A stretch of DNA of 64,000 nucleotides from Gemmatimonadaceae bacterium (GCA_040902005.1 JBBDYA010000114.1:10180-74179); one strand, 5' to 3'; positions 1-9,332 are shown, counted from the first letter of the stretch. Program-made: numbers and translations. Notes: generated from the sequence alone by a model not told the origin.

Positions 1-413
1 GGCTGCTGCGTGACCGCAATGTCACGCTCCACCAGGGACGCGAGGAGTTCGTCTGGTGTGAGCCAGTTGTCGACGCTCGCGTGCGATCCGGCGGCGCATG
101 CGCCGGCGAAGGTGATGCGCGGACGGGCGGGCGCATACAGCGCGCGGAGGTACTCGGCCGCCGCCACCGGAGGAGGCACGAGGCACAGGAGCAGGGAAGC
201 GATGGAGTCGCCATGAGGCGCCAGACGGCTCGCCACCAGCGGGCAACTGCACTGCACCATCGGCCCGTCCGCCTGCTGCATGCGATCGAGGGCGCGTGCG
301 GCGATCAACTCGTCACCCCAGCTGGACGGAATGACCAGGTCGTATCCCGCGCGGAGGCAGGCGTGCGCCAACTGCACGGGCGTTGCCGGCCCCGCGGCGA
401 GCACCGCGTCCAT
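1..413 (-). CDS. Partial CDS (first ~137 aa; continues past the window start): Cys-rich protein resembling the C-terminal domain of the [FeFe]-hydrogenase large subunit
   Basis: Hand translation of the minus strand from ATG (413-411) stays open to position 1: MDAVLAAGPATPVQLAHACLRAGYDLVIPSSWGDELIAARALDRMQQADGPMVQCSCPLVASRL...RITFAGACAAGSHASVDNWLTPDELLASLVERDIAVTQQ. It is missing from the ORF track because it runs off the edge. The CSCP ... FAGAC ... VDxxLTxxEL spacing recalls Fe-hydrogenase-like domains, but the motifs are degenerate. Confidence 0.4.
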   Translation of the reverse strand, partial: MDAVLAAGPATPVQLAHACLRAGYDLVIPSSWGDELIAARALDRMQQADGPMVQCSCPLVASRLAPHGDSIASLLLCLVPPPVAAAEYLRALYAPARPRITFAGACAAGSHASVDNWLTPDELLASLVERDIAVTQQ

Positions 414-531
414 GCCAAGGATGAGAAGCGAAGGAGTGGTCGTAGACAGCAAGAGAGGCGCCGAAATCAGGGGCTGTCAAGAGCGGCCCAGACATTGCAA
501 CCCCTTGCCGCGTCACACGAAGCGAGTGAGG

Positions 532-1269
532 ATGGCCCTGGAGCTGCAGCAGCTGGCGAATGTAACGCGACTGTTGCCCACAACGGTGGATGCGTTGCTG
601 GGGTACGCCGCCCGTGCGAACTGGCCATCCGGCTTCGCAATCTATCAGCGGGGTGCGCCAGCGGACGGCATCTTCGTGGTGGTGGAAGGGCGCGTTGTGC
701 TGCGCAGTCGCGTGCGGGCGGGGCGCGCATTCATCCCCTGGATCGCCACCGCACTCGAGACGTTCGGCGCGGAAGGGTTGTCGGCCACGCCGCGCTATTC
801 CACCGAAGCGCGCGCCGACGACGAGAGCACCACCCTGTTTCTCAGCACGACCCGCTTTCGCTCGTTTCTGCGCGAGCAGCCACACCACGCGACGGCACTC
901 GTGGCGCAGGTCATGAGCGAGCGCGCCCTGCTCCTCGAGCGGCTGCGCGAGCTCACCACGATGAGCGTCGAACAGCGCCTCGTTGTCGCGCTCGTTCGGA
1001 TGGCGACTTTCGATACCTTCATGCGGCCGGACGGATATCTCGAGCTCAACACCAGTCGCTATCGCCTGCTCTGTGAGCTGGTGGGAGCCACGCGCGAATC
1101 GGTATCGCTCGTGATCGGGCGGTTGACCGGCGAGGGTGTCATCGAGCGGAAGGGCAGCACGTATCTCGTGCATCCCGAGCGCCTCCTGAGCCGGGTAGAG
1201 GAGTTGCCGATGGACGACCTGCTCACCGCCGGCCCGGACACATTCGCGAGTCTCCTGCCGCGCTCGTGA
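532..1269 (+). CDS. Crp/Fnr family transcriptional regulator (cNMP-binding domain plus C-terminal HTH)
   Basis: This is the internal ATG of ORF 280..1269 (MALELQQLANV...). The cNMP-binding-like segment is YQRGAPADGIFVVVEGRVVLRS. The C-terminal HTH is RYRLLCELVGATRESVSLVIGRLTGEGVI. Confidence 0.8.
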   Translation: MALELQQLANVTRLLPTTVDALLGYAARANWPSGFAIYQRGAPADGIFVVVEGRVVLRSRVRAGRAFIPWIATALETFGAEGLSATPRYSTEARADDESTTLFLSTTRFRSFLREQPHHATALVAQVMSERALLLERLRELTTMSVEQRLVVALVRMATFDTFMRPDGYLELNTSRYRLLCELVGATRESVSLVIGRLTGEGVIERKGSTYLVHPERLLSRVEELPMDDLLTAGPDTFASLLPRS

Positions 1270-1385
1270 GGCAAGGGCGGGGGTGCGCGGCGCGCGCCAC
1301 AGGCGTGCTCCGGTAGTCCAAACGCTCGTTCCGGAGCGGCTGCCGCGATGATCGACGCGCGGTGGACTCCTATATTTATTCCATC

Positions 1386-2510
1386 ATGCTTTCCGCCGAC
1401 GAGCTCGCGAGGTATGGACGCCAACTCGTGTTGCCCGAGCTTGGTGTGGCGGGGCAGGAGCGCATTCGCCGCACCCGCGTGCTCGTCGTTGGCGCCGGGG
1501 GTCTCGGTTCACCAGCGGCGCTCTACCTGGCTGCCGCGGGCGTGGGCACACTGGGCATCGTGGACGACGACGTCGTCGAGATCAGCAACCTGCATCGGCA
1601 GGTGCTGCACGGCACCGCGGACCTTGGGCGCAGCAAGGTGCACTCAGCCGCGGACGCCCTGGCTCGGCTGAATCCGCTCGCCGAGCTGCGTCAACACACT
1701 GAACGGCTCACCGCCGAAAACGCGGAGGGGCTGATCGCGGACTACGACCTGGTCGTGGACGGCTCGGACAACTACGCCACCCGGTATGCGGTGAATGATG
1801 CCTGCGCGGCCCTGGGCACGGTGTGGGTGTACGGCAGCGTGGAGCGCTACTCGGGTCAGGTGTCGGTGTTCGGGGCCCCTGACGGTCCATGCTACCGCTG
1901 CGTGTTTTCAGATCCGCCAGCGGCCGGATCCACCGCCAGCTGTGAAGAGATCGGAGTCCTGGGCGCGGTGCCCGGCGTTGTCGGCTCGCTCCAGGCACTC
2001 GAGGCGCTGAAATGGATCACGGGCATCGGCGAACCCCTCGTGGGGCGCTTGCTTCAGATGGACTTTCTTACCGGCCAGATGCGCACCGTGCGCTTCGGCA
2101 AACGCGCCGGCTGCCGAGCCTGTGGCGGCCGACATCGCAAGGAGAACGCGTCAATGGGCACGAAGGACACCACCCCCAACGTCCCGCTTGACGTGCAACC
2201 GGAGGAGGTCGCGGGTCTCATCTCGGGTGCCCAAGGAGAGGGGGTGGGCATGCGGCTGCTGGACGTCCGCGAACCGTGGGAACTGGCGCGAGCGCGTATC
2301 GGCGACGCGCAGTCCATGCCGATGAGCGCGCTGGGCGACAAGGTGGACTCGCTGGATAAATCGCGCGACTACGTCGTGTACTGTCACCACGGCAGCAGGA
2401 GCCGGATGGCCACGGAGTGGCTGCGCTCGCTGGGATTCCGCGCGCGAAATCTGGCTGGTGGCATCGACCGGTGGAGTCGCGAGATCGACCCTGCCGTTCC
2501 CCGCTACTAG
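1386..2510 (+). CDS. moeZ: ThiF/MoeB-family adenylyltransferase fused to a C-terminal rhodanese domain (MoeZ-type sulfur-carrier activating enzyme)
   Basis: MLSADELARYGRQLVLPELGVAGQERIRRTRVLVVGAGGLGSP is the typical E1-like N-terminus with a GxGxxG motif. CxxC pairs are present (CYRC, CRAC). The C-terminal rhodanese has the active-site loop YCHHGSRS. Confidence 0.85.
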   Translation: MLSADELARYGRQLVLPELGVAGQERIRRTRVLVVGAGGLGSPAALYLAAAGVGTLGIVDDDVVEISNLHRQVLHGTADLGRSKVHSAADALARLNPLAELRQHTERLTAENAEGLIADYDLVVDGSDNYATRYAVNDACAALGTVWVYGSVERYSGQVSVFGAPDGPCYRCVFSDPPAAGSTASCEEIGVLGAVPGVVGSLQALEALKWITGIGEPLVGRLLQMDFLTGQMRTVRFGKRAGCRACGGRHRKENASMGTKDTTPNVPLDVQPEEVAGLISGAQGEGVGMRLLDVREPWELARARIGDAQSMPMSALGDKVDSLDKSRDYVVYCHHGSRSRMATEWLRSLGFRARNLAGGIDRWSREIDPAVPRY

Positions 2511-2517
2511 GTCGGCA

Positions 2518-3429
2518 ATGATCGGCGCGGCGCTCGCCATCGTCGGCGCGTTGGCGGTTGGCGCGCGTGCGGTGTACCCGCGCGTGCTCGAGTACCGAGC
2601 GTCGCGCCGCCGCCCCCCGCGTGCCGATGGCGTGATCGCGGGCGCGGCGAGCATCGCGCGACACCGGGCGGATGCGCCGGGAGTGCTGTTGCTGCATGGC
2701 GGTGGCGACACGCCGCAGGTGGTCGGCGACCTGGCAGAGCATCTGTATTCCGCCGGCTTCTCCGTGCGCGCCCCGCTGCTACCCGGACATGGCAGGGCGC
2801 TGTCAGCCCTGATGGATGTCTCCGCCGCCGATCTGCACGCCAACGTGGAGAAGGAGTATTCCGCGATGCAGGCGACGCATGACTGGGTGGCGCTCATCGG
2901 GCTCTCCATGGGCGGCGCACTGGCTGTTCGCCTGGCGGCGGCGCGTGAGGTTCCCGCGCTCGTGCTGCTCGCTCCGTATCTGGACATGCCCGCGCCGATA
3001 CGGCGGCTGGCGGCCGCGGCCGGGCTGTGGGGCTGGGCGCTACCCTACTTTCCGTCGCGTGGCGACCAATCCATTCGTGACCAGCAGGCGGCGGCGCAGA
3101 CGCTCGGGCACGGCCTCCTGACCCCGGCGCTTCTGCGAGCTCTGTACGACATCACGCGCGCGGTAGACGAAGCGCTCCCGAAGGTGAGCACTCCGACGCT
3201 GTTCATTCAATCACGCGAAGACAATCGCATCTCCGTGGAGAGCGCCGAGCGCGCCTTCGCGCGGCTCGGCTCCCCGGAGAAGCGTCTGGTGATGACCGCA
3301 GGTGCTGGCCACGTGATCACTGTGGACTACGGCCGCGAGCGGGTGATGGAGCTGTGCGCCGAGTGGCTGCACGCGCATCACGTCAATCCGAGCGCACCCG
3401 GTCCACGAGGTTCTCGCCAAGACCCCTGA
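2518..3429 (+). CDS. Alpha/beta hydrolase (esterase/lipase-like) with an N-terminal membrane anchor
   Basis: Start taken at ATG 2518 (MIGAALAIVGALAVG...). HGGGDTP is oxyanion-hole-like and GLSMGG is the nucleophile elbow. A late GAGHV histidine is present. Confidence 0.7.
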   Translation: MIGAALAIVGALAVGARAVYPRVLEYRASRRRPPRADGVIAGAASIARHRADAPGVLLLHGGGDTPQVVGDLAEHLYSAGFSVRAPLLPGHGRALSALMDVSAADLHANVEKEYSAMQATHDWVALIGLSMGGALAVRLAAAREVPALVLLAPYLDMPAPIRRLAAAAGLWGWALPYFPSRGDQSIRDQQAAAQTLGHGLLTPALLRALYDITRAVDEALPKVSTPTLFIQSREDNRISVESAERAFARLGSPEKRLVMTAGAGHVITVDYGRERVMELCAEWLHAHHVNPSAPGPRGSRQDP

Positions 3430-3661
3430 GCGTCTCGACGCCGGCGGACACCGCTCCCGAGGCCTGCGCCACCACCTCACGTGTCACGCGCTTGACGCGC
3501 GCCACGGGCGACTGGCGCTTGCGACGGCTGCTTGCGGACTTCTTTTTCGTGGCGCGGCTCTTCTTCGCTGCGGATGTTCGGCGACGCGCCGTGCTCTTGC
3601 GCGCGGACGGGCGCTTCGGTGCCTTCTTCTTCCCGGACGCCTTCTTTGCCTTTCTTGCCAT
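3383..3661 (-). CDS. Small Lys/Ala/Arg-rich histone H1-like basic protein
   Basis: Internal ATG 3661 follows GGAG: MARKAKKASGKKKAPKRPSARKSTARRRTSAAKKSRATKKKSASSRRKRQSP... with a short structured tail. The upstream part of ORF 3383..3901 is rejected. Confidence 0.6.
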   Translation of the reverse strand: MARKAKKASGKKKAPKRPSARKSTARRRTSAAKKSRATKKKSASSRRKRQSPVARVKRVTREVVAQASGAVSAGVETLRGLGENLVDRVRSD

Positions 3662-3743
3662 GGGGCCAACTCCTTTGACGCGAAATGAGGACCGTACGGC
3701 AACAGCAAGATTCAGGCGCACACCGACGAGCCCGCACGCGCGG

Positions 3744-4475
3744 TCAGGGTTCCAGTCCGAGCGGCCACGGAATCTTCCTGGAAAACGGTCGCCCGAAGAC
3801 CGCGGCGAGCACCGGACTGGGATCCGCCAGTTGTGAGACGACATCGATCCGGTCGGCCAGATGCAGGGGGCGCGTGAACTCGCGGTATCGATCGTAGCCA
3901 TGGCAGAAGCACATGGGTCCGCGGCGCGTGAGGCGGCCCAGCCAGATGTCAGGCAATCCCAGCCAGGTGAACAGGTAGAAGCCGTTGAGCTTTGCGCTGG
4001 CGGGCAGGTCCCTCTCGATGAGCCCTCGCGGAAGCGATCCGTGCTTGCCCCACTGAATGTTGACCAACGCCGGTCCGCGGTTCCCCCACGGCGTGTGCAG
4101 GATCACGCGGTGCCAGTACGTCCACAGGTCCGTGGGCGCGCCGGTGCTGTCGTAGCCCACCCATACCACCTCCTGATCGGTGGGGACGGTGAAGGGAATC
4201 CAGGACCCGTGCACGTCGTCGCGCCAGAGCAGGTGATAGGCGATGACGCGCGCGGTAGGATGTACCACGGCCACCACGCGTTCCAGCGGAAACCACTCGT
4301 CGCGCTGGAGGAAGAGAATGGGCGCGAGCGATCGCGCGATTCTGGCCGCCGGATCGTCGGGCGCGAGTGCGCCTTGGAGCGGGATTGGCTCCACCGGACG
4401 TGGCGGAATTCTGGCCCTCGGCCCGCAGGCCGTGAGCGCGAAGGACGCACAGATGAGCACGTCACGCATCCTCAT
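3744..4475 (-). CDS. Hypothetical secreted lipoprotein
   Basis: MRMRDVLICASFALTACGP carries a signal peptide with a lipobox (LTAC). I recognised no family. Third-position GC bias is good. Confidence 0.55.
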   Translation of the reverse strand: MRMRDVLICASFALTACGPRARIPPRPVEPIPLQGALAPDDPAARIARSLAPILFLQRDEWFPLERVVAVVHPTARVIAYHLLWRDDVHGSWIPFTVPTDQEVVWVGYDSTGAPTDLWTYWHRVILHTPWGNRGPALVNIQWGKHGSLPRGLIERDLPASAKLNGFYLFTWLGLPDIWLGRLTRRGPMCFCHGYDRYREFTRPLHLADRIDVVSQLADPSPVLAAVFGRPFSRKIPWPLGLEP

Positions 4476-4615
4476 GGTACGTCGCAACTTGAATGTTGTC
4501 ATTCCATTAGACGATTAGGCGGTTACTTGAGAGCTTCTCCGGGCGTCCTTCTGGCAGAGGTCCGGTGCCCGTGAATTCCGGACCTGTCGTTCAGCAGCAT
4601 CAGGAGGAAGTCCCC

Positions 4616-4840
4616 ATGCGGAAGCCGCGCCCGGCGACGTTCAATCCCGCGCAAGCATTGCAGCTCATTGCGAGAGATCGAACCGGCTCAGCCCTCAGTT
4701 GTCCCACCTGTTCGGGGCAGATCCACCGACACCCCGAATACCTACCGCCGCCGCCGGGCGCGCCGGTGACGCTGAAGTGCGCGGCCTGCGGCCGCATTGC
4801 CCGCTACGTCGCGGCGCGCGCCGAACAGCTGGCGAGCTAG
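4616..4840 (+). CDS. Small zinc-ribbon-like hypothetical protein
   Basis: ATG 4616 is preceded by AGGAGG. Two CxxC pairs are present (CPTCSG ... CAACG). A clean hairpin terminator follows. Confidence 0.45.
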   Translation: MRKPRPATFNPAQALQLIARDRTGSALSCPTCSGQIHRHPEYLPPPPGAPVTLKCAACGRIARYVAARAEQLAS

Positions 4841-4852
4841 CTAGAGCACACG

Positions 4853-4885
4853 GCAGACCGCGGTTTCGCGGTCTGCTTTCTGCTG
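4853..4885 (+). terminator. Rho-independent terminator
   Basis: The 10-bp stem is GCAGACCGCG / CGCGGTCTGC with a GTTT loop, followed by the T-rich tract TTTCTGCTGTTCT. Confidence 0.6.
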
Positions 4886-4993
4886 TTCTCGGCCCGCCTC
4901 GCGGGCCGCGCAGTGCATGGAACTTGCCTTCACCGCTGTCCGAGTGGCCCCAGCAATTCTTGCGGGGCGCAACAAGGACACGAGGAAGCTCCA

Positions 4994-5203
4994 ATGGCTC
5001 GCATCACCGGCACCGTGAAGTGGTTCAACGACGCGAAGGGCTTTGGATTCCTTTCGCGCGAGGGTGGACCCGACGTGTTCGTTCACTACAGTGCGATCGA
5101 GGGTGGCGGATTCAAGTCGCTTGCCGAGGGTGATCGCGTGGAATTCGAGATCGTGCAGGGACAGAAGGGACCGCAGGCGTCCGACGTCACGAAAGTGACC
5201 TGA
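4994..5203 (+). CDS. cspA: Cold-shock protein, CspA family
   Basis: [62 protein letters not shown] contains the canonical RNP1/RNP2 motifs KGFGF and VFVHY. GAGGAAG lies upstream, and the leader is long and structured. Confidence 0.95.
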   Translation: MARITGTVKWFNDAKGFGFLSREGGPDVFVHYSAIEGGGFKSLAEGDRVEFEIVQGQKGPQASDVTKVT

Positions 5204-5229
5204 TAGCGCGAACGCAGGGGGGGGGCCAG

Positions 5230-5535
5230 GTGGAGCAGGAAGCGGTGGGAGGACCCGTGGAGCGCCGGTCTGCCGAGCGCCTTTTTCACCGGGACCTGCC
5301 CGGTGGCGGCTACGTAGCCATCGAGCTCGCTGACCGGGGTCAGATGATTGAAGGGCGCGCCGTGCGCGTCATCGTCGAGCGTCGATCGGACCGGGCGCGC
5401 CGCGCGGGACATCCACCGCCAGTGATCGTCGAGGAAGGTTGGCGTCCGGAGCGCGGGCTCGGCGACCTCTACCGCATTGCCTGCGACAATGTGGCGATCG
5501 CGCGCGGGTTGCTCGGGCTTCCACGCGCGGACTAG
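5230..5535 (+). CDS. Hypothetical protein
   Basis: This is a GTG-start ORF with high third-position GC. I recognised no family, and antisense ORFs overlap it. Confidence 0.35.
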   Translation: MEQEAVGGPVERRSAERLFHRDLPGGGYVAIELADRGQMIEGRAVRVIVERRSDRARRAGHPPPVIVEEGWRPERGLGDLYRIACDNVAIARGLLGLPRAD

Positions 5536-5547
5536 CGCGCCGGGCCG

Positions 5548-6243
5548 CTACTCGAAGAGATCGAAGCGCACGCCGCGCCGCGCTCCGCGCCGCCGCCGTG
5601 GTGCGTAGCGAAACAACTGCGCGGGGCGCCCGCGACCCTCGCTGCGCCACTCGTCCGTGGGTTCCACGAGAAACGCGGACTGGAGCGCTCGGCGAAAGCT
5701 CGCCTTGTGCAACGGCCGGCCGAGGAGCAGTTCGTACACGGACTGCAGGTCGCTGAGCGTGAACGTGTCCGGCAGCAGTCGGAACGCCAGGGGCGACTGA
5801 TCCACCCGCCTCCGAACGGCTTCCACCGCAGCGTCCACGATCGTGCGCTGCCGTGAGGGAAGGGTCGGCAGGGTGCGCACCCCGGTCCATTCCGCGTTCT
5901 CCACGAACCGGTCGTCGAGTCCGTGGGGCACCAGTCCGACGAACGCGATGGACAACTGCGCGTCTCCCGGGTGGCGTCGTGTGTCGCCATGCGTACCAAC
6001 CTGCTCGAGCGCCGCCGGCGCCACGCCAAGCGCGCTCGTGGCCACGCGCACCGCGGCATCTTCCGGCGGCTCGCCGAGCCGGGGCGCGTCCCACGGAATG
6101 GTCCAGCGGTCGCGCGCGCGGGCGTCTCCGCGCAGCAGCAGGACGGCCAGCGTATCCTCTCTCGGGGTGAGCAGCACGACATCGATCGCGGCGGTGAGCG
6201 ACCGGACAGCGGGCCGCGACAGGACGAGCGAGCGCTCACGCAT
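5548..6243 (-). CDS. NrtR-like regulator: degenerate Nudix domain plus C-terminal winged helix
   Basis: Start taken at ATG 6243 (MRERSLVLS...). The Nudix-fold region has a non-catalytic signature (LGEPPEDAAVRVATSALG lacks REx2EE). The C-terminal FTLSDLQSVYELLLGRPLHKASFRRAL...GRGRPAQLFRY matches the NrtR wHTH pattern. Confidence 0.7.
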   Translation of the reverse strand: MRERSLVLSRPAVRSLTAAIDVVLLTPREDTLAVLLLRGDARARDRWTIPWDAPRLGEPPEDAAVRVATSALGVAPAALEQVGTHGDTRRHPGDAQLSIAFVGLVPHGLDDRFVENAEWTGVRTLPTLPSRQRTIVDAAVEAVRRRVDQSPLAFRLLPDTFTLSDLQSVYELLLGRPLHKASFRRALQSAFLVEPTDEWRSEGRGRPAQLFRYAPRRRRGARRGVRFDLFE

Positions 6244-6251
6244 CGGTCGAA

Positions 6252-6272
6252 TTAGTAGCATGTGGCTACTAA
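6252..6272. promoter_or_regulatory. Perfect 8-5-8 palindrome (candidate NrtR autoregulatory operator)
   Basis: TTAGTAGC-atgtg-GCTACTAA is an AT-rich 21-mer. It lies 9-29 nt upstream of the nrtR-like start codon in otherwise GC-rich DNA. Confidence 0.45.
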
Positions 6273-6425
6273 AGTCAAGAGCCCGCCGCACGACAGAAAA
6301 CTTCGTCGCGCGCGGGCTCGAATTGCGGAAGGGGATAATACCGGGAACGTCGGTCGGGAGCAACGACCAAGATCACCAAAAAAAAACGAAACGAGCCTGG
6401 ACTCTTACCGCGGCCGCACGCGCTC

Positions 6426-8258
6426 TCAGCGCGATGTACGCGCCTGGCGCTGTTCTCCGTCGCCGAGTCGCAGAGATGGCGGGATACTGACAGGCAGGCG
6501 GCCGGTAATGTCAGTCAGACCGAGCAGTGCGCGCGCCGCGGCGCGCTGCGACGGAGGAAAGCCGCCCCATGCGACGAGATACGCCGGCACGAACGGGACC
6601 TGCTGATAAAAATATGGATTGCCGAACGCGACGACGATTGTGCGCGGATTGACCGCCACAGATGCGTGCACCAGATCCACGATCGGGCTGGGCGCATTCA
6701 CGTCGGACACGCGCGTGCCCTGCGAGAGATACGATCCGATGATGACGTGCTCCGCGGAGTCCGCGAGCGCGGATATCGCGGCAATGCCGGCAATGGGATC
6801 GGCCGCATCTATCCAGAGCGATCGCACATCCGCGCCCGCGCGCAGCTCGGCATCGAATGTCGCGCCGGCGCCCAGGTCCTGTCGGGAGGAGATGGTCACG
6901 GACAGGACGCGGGGGCGGGAGCCACTGTCTGCTGCGAGGGGAACCAGTCGCAGCGAGTCCCTGGCCAGCGTGATGGAGCGCTCGGCGATGCGATCGGCTA
7001 CCGCGAGATGCGCAGGTATTCCGACGATCGCACGCGCGGCGTCGAGGCTTACCATCGGATTGGCCGCAAGTCCCAGCGAGTGCTTCACTTCGAGAATACG
7101 GCGCACCGACGAGTCGACGCGCGCTTGTGTGAATCGCCCTTCCTGCACGCCGGCGACGACGGCGTCGATCGCCGTGGTCACGTCCAGCGGCATGAGCAGC
7201 ACGTCGTTTCCCGCAACCACCGCCAGCTTCACGACTTCGGCGAGTCCGGGCGAGTTGATCGCGCCATACGTCCCGGTCAGCGAGGCGGTTGTATCCGCGG
7301 GACGCACCCTGGCGAGCACGCCGTTCATGTCGAGCGCGTCGGTGATCAGCAACCCCCGGAATCCGAGCTCGCGCCGCAGCAGGCCCGTCATCACCGTGGG
7401 TGACAGCGTGGCCGGCAACGGGCTGGTGTCGAGCGCCGGAACCACGCCGTGGAATGTCATGATCGCGTCGACGCCGTCGGCGATCGCGCGGCGAAACGGC
7501 GCGAGTTCCACGCTGTCGAGTCTGGAACGGCTGGCGTTGACCTCGGTAATCTGGAGGTGCGAGTTCTGATCGGTGTCGCCATGCCCGGGAAAGTGCTTGG
7601 CGGTGGCGGGCATTCCGTGCTCCTGAAGGCCGCGGATGAGTGCCGAGCCGAGCGACGACACGAGCGCCGGCTCCTCGCCGAAGGAGCGTGGTCCGATGAC
7701 CGGATTGCCCGGATTGTTGTTGACGTCGAGGACGGGGGCGAACGCCATATGCACGCCCAGGGCGCGTCCCTCGATCGCGGTGATCCTTCCCTGCTCGAAC
7801 GCGAGTGCCGCGTCGCGCGTGGCGCCCAGGGCCATCTGCTGCGGAAAGAGCGTGGCGCCGCCGAGGTAGATCCCGTTGGGCAGGAAGTGGCCGCCGCGGG
7901 TGCGGAAGCCAGCACCCGCCTCGTAGTCCGCGCCGAACACCAGCGGCACCGTGGCGAGGCGCTGCATCGCGTTGACCTTCGCCGCCGTTTCGATCGGAGA
8001 GCCGATGGACATGACGAACCCACCGACCCGCTCGGTGGTGATCAACCCGGCAACGCGCTCCCAGCCGCGGGACTGAGCCGGGGTGTAATCGCCGAACAGC
8101 TGCGGCCAGACCAGCTGCGCTGCCCGCTCTCGCGATGTGAGTGTCGCGAGGACCGAGTCGGCCCAGGCGGAAGCCCCTGCGTTGTGGGGGGGCGCCGGCG
8201 CGTGCGCGGGGGTGGCGGGGGTGGTGCACGCCGCCAGGATCAGCGCGACGACGCCCAT
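6426..8258 (-). CDS. Glycoside hydrolase family 3 (beta-N-acetylhexosaminidase/NagZ-like) lipoprotein with a C-terminal domain
   Basis: MGVVALILAACTT carries a lipobox. The GH3 signatures are KHFPGHGDTDQNSH and GFRGLLITDAL. Confidence 0.85.
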   Translation of the reverse strand: MGVVALILAACTTPATPAHAPAPPHNAGASAWADSVLATLTSRERAAQLVWPQLFGDYTPAQSRGWERVAGLITTERVGGFVMSIGSPIETAAKVNAMQRLATVPLVFGADYEAGAGFRTRGGHFLPNGIYLGGATLFPQQMALGATRDAALAFEQGRITAIEGRALGVHMAFAPVLDVNNNPGNPVIGPRSFGEEPALVSSLGSALIRGLQEHGMPATAKHFPGHGDTDQNSHLQITEVNASRSRLDSVELAPFRRAIADGVDAIMTFHGVVPALDTSPLPATLSPTVMTGLLRRELGFRGLLITDALDMNGVLARVRPADTTASLTGTYGAINSPGLAEVVKLAVVAGNDVLLMPLDVTTAIDAVVAGVQEGRFTQARVDSSVRRILEVKHSLGLAANPMVSLDAARAIVGIPAHLAVADRIAERSITLARDSLRLVPLAADSGSRPRVLSVTISSRQDLGAGATFDAELRAGADVRSLWIDAADPIAGIAAISALADSAEHVIIGSYLSQGTRVSDVNAPSPIVDLVHASVAVNPRTIVVAFGNPYFYQQVPFVPAYLVAWGGFPPSQRAAARALLGLTDITGRLPVSIPPSLRLGDGEQRQARTSR

Positions 8259-8271
8259 CGGCGCGGCGCCG

Positions 8272-8550
8272 CTACCAGGTGATCGAGCCCTGCTTGCTGG
8301 TGTCCACATCCTCGGAGTCGCCCGTTCCAAAAAGGAAAGACTGCATGTTCTTCGTGAGGAAACTCCGTGCCTGGGGATCCATGACGTTGAGTCCGTAGTG
8401 GTTGATCAGCATGGTCTGCTGCTTCAGCCACAATCCCCAGCATTCCGTGCAGATCCCCTCGACGACCCGGGCGCCGATCGGCCCGGGAAAGGGCGCGCGC
8501 TCGAATCCGGCGCGCGTCTCCTTGCAGCGGACGCAGGTTACGTCAGGCAA
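8272..8550 (-). CDS. yggX: Fe(2+)-trafficking / oxidative-damage protection protein, YggX family
   Basis: ...VTCVRCKETRAGFERAPFPGPIGARVVEGICTECWGLWLKQQTMLINHYGLNVMDPQARSFLTKNMQSFLF aligns by eye with E. coli YggX (WxxWxxxQTMLINE). A TTG start at 8550 gives about 92 aa. The longer track ORF is rejected. Confidence 0.8.
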   Translation of the reverse strand: MPDVTCVRCKETRAGFERAPFPGPIGARVVEGICTECWGLWLKQQTMLINHYGLNVMDPQARSFLTKNMQSFLFGTGDSEDVDTSKQGSITW

Positions 8551-8582
8551 CGCTGTCGGGGTGGGGCAGTGGAACGCAAAAG

Positions 8583-9332
8583 TTACGAGCGAGCGTACTC
8601 CACCTTGGCCAGGCGAAGCATCTGGAGCAGTCGGATGTAGAGCCATCCGATGTCGAACTCGTACCACTTGGCCTTGAACTTGGCCGACCTGGGATCCGCG
8701 TGGTGGTTGTTGTGCAGCTCTTCACCGCCCAGCCAGATGGCGATAGGCGAGATGTTCCGGCTCTCGTCCTTCACCTCGAAGTTGCGGTAGCCGAGCGCGT
8801 GGCCCACGCCGTTCACGATGCCCGCGGCCCAGAAGGGGATCCAGAGCATCTGCACGCCCCACACGATGGGTCCGACGAAAAAGCCGAACAGGTACACGTC
8901 GATGCCGAGCATCAGCGTGATGCCCACCCAGTTGAGGGGGGTCAGCACGTGACGTTCGATCCAGTCGTTCGGCGTGCCCTTGCCGTACTTCTCCAGCATG
9001 CCCGGCTGGCGGATGGCCTTTCTATAGTAGAACGCACCCTTCAGGACGATGTTGCGGAGCCCCTCCATGAGAGGGCTGTGCGGATCGCCTTCACGGTCGG
9101 CGAACGCGTGATGCTTCCGGTGGCAGGCCACCCACTCCTTGGTGACGATGGCCGTGGTGAGCCAGAGCCAAAGGCGCATCGGCAGCGCTGCGATGGCGTG
9201 CAACTGCACGCCGCGATGCGTCTGTGCGCGATGCAGGAACAGCGTGACGCACACGTTGGTGATGTGGCCGGCAACGACAATGAACAGCACGGGCATCCAC
9301 CACTTCGAAGCCAAGGCCCCAAACTCCAGCAT
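8583..9332 (-). CDS. Membrane fatty-acid (acyl-CoA/acyl-lipid delta-9 type) desaturase
   Basis: Three His boxes are present: HRAQTHR, HRKHHAFAD and HNNHHADP. The N-terminus is hydrophobic. Confidence 0.85.
   Translation of the reverse strand: MLEFGALASKWWMPVLFIVVAGHITNVCVTLFLHRAQTHRGVQLHAIAALPMRLWLWLTTAIVTKEWVACHRKHHAFADREGDPHSPLMEGLRNIVLKGAFYYRKAIRQPGMLEKYGKGTPNDWIERHVLTPLNWVGITLMLGIDVYLFGFFVGPIVWGVQMLWIPFWAAGIVNGVGHALGYRNFEVKDESRNISPIAIWLGGEELHNNHHADPRSAKFKAKWYEFDIGWLYIRLLQMLRLAKVEYARS

Noticed and set aside
8551-8667. Longer 131-aa version of the YggX ORF
   Set aside because: YggX-family proteins are about 90 aa and begin just before the conserved Cys. The extension has no similarity to the family and nearly abuts the desaturase stop.
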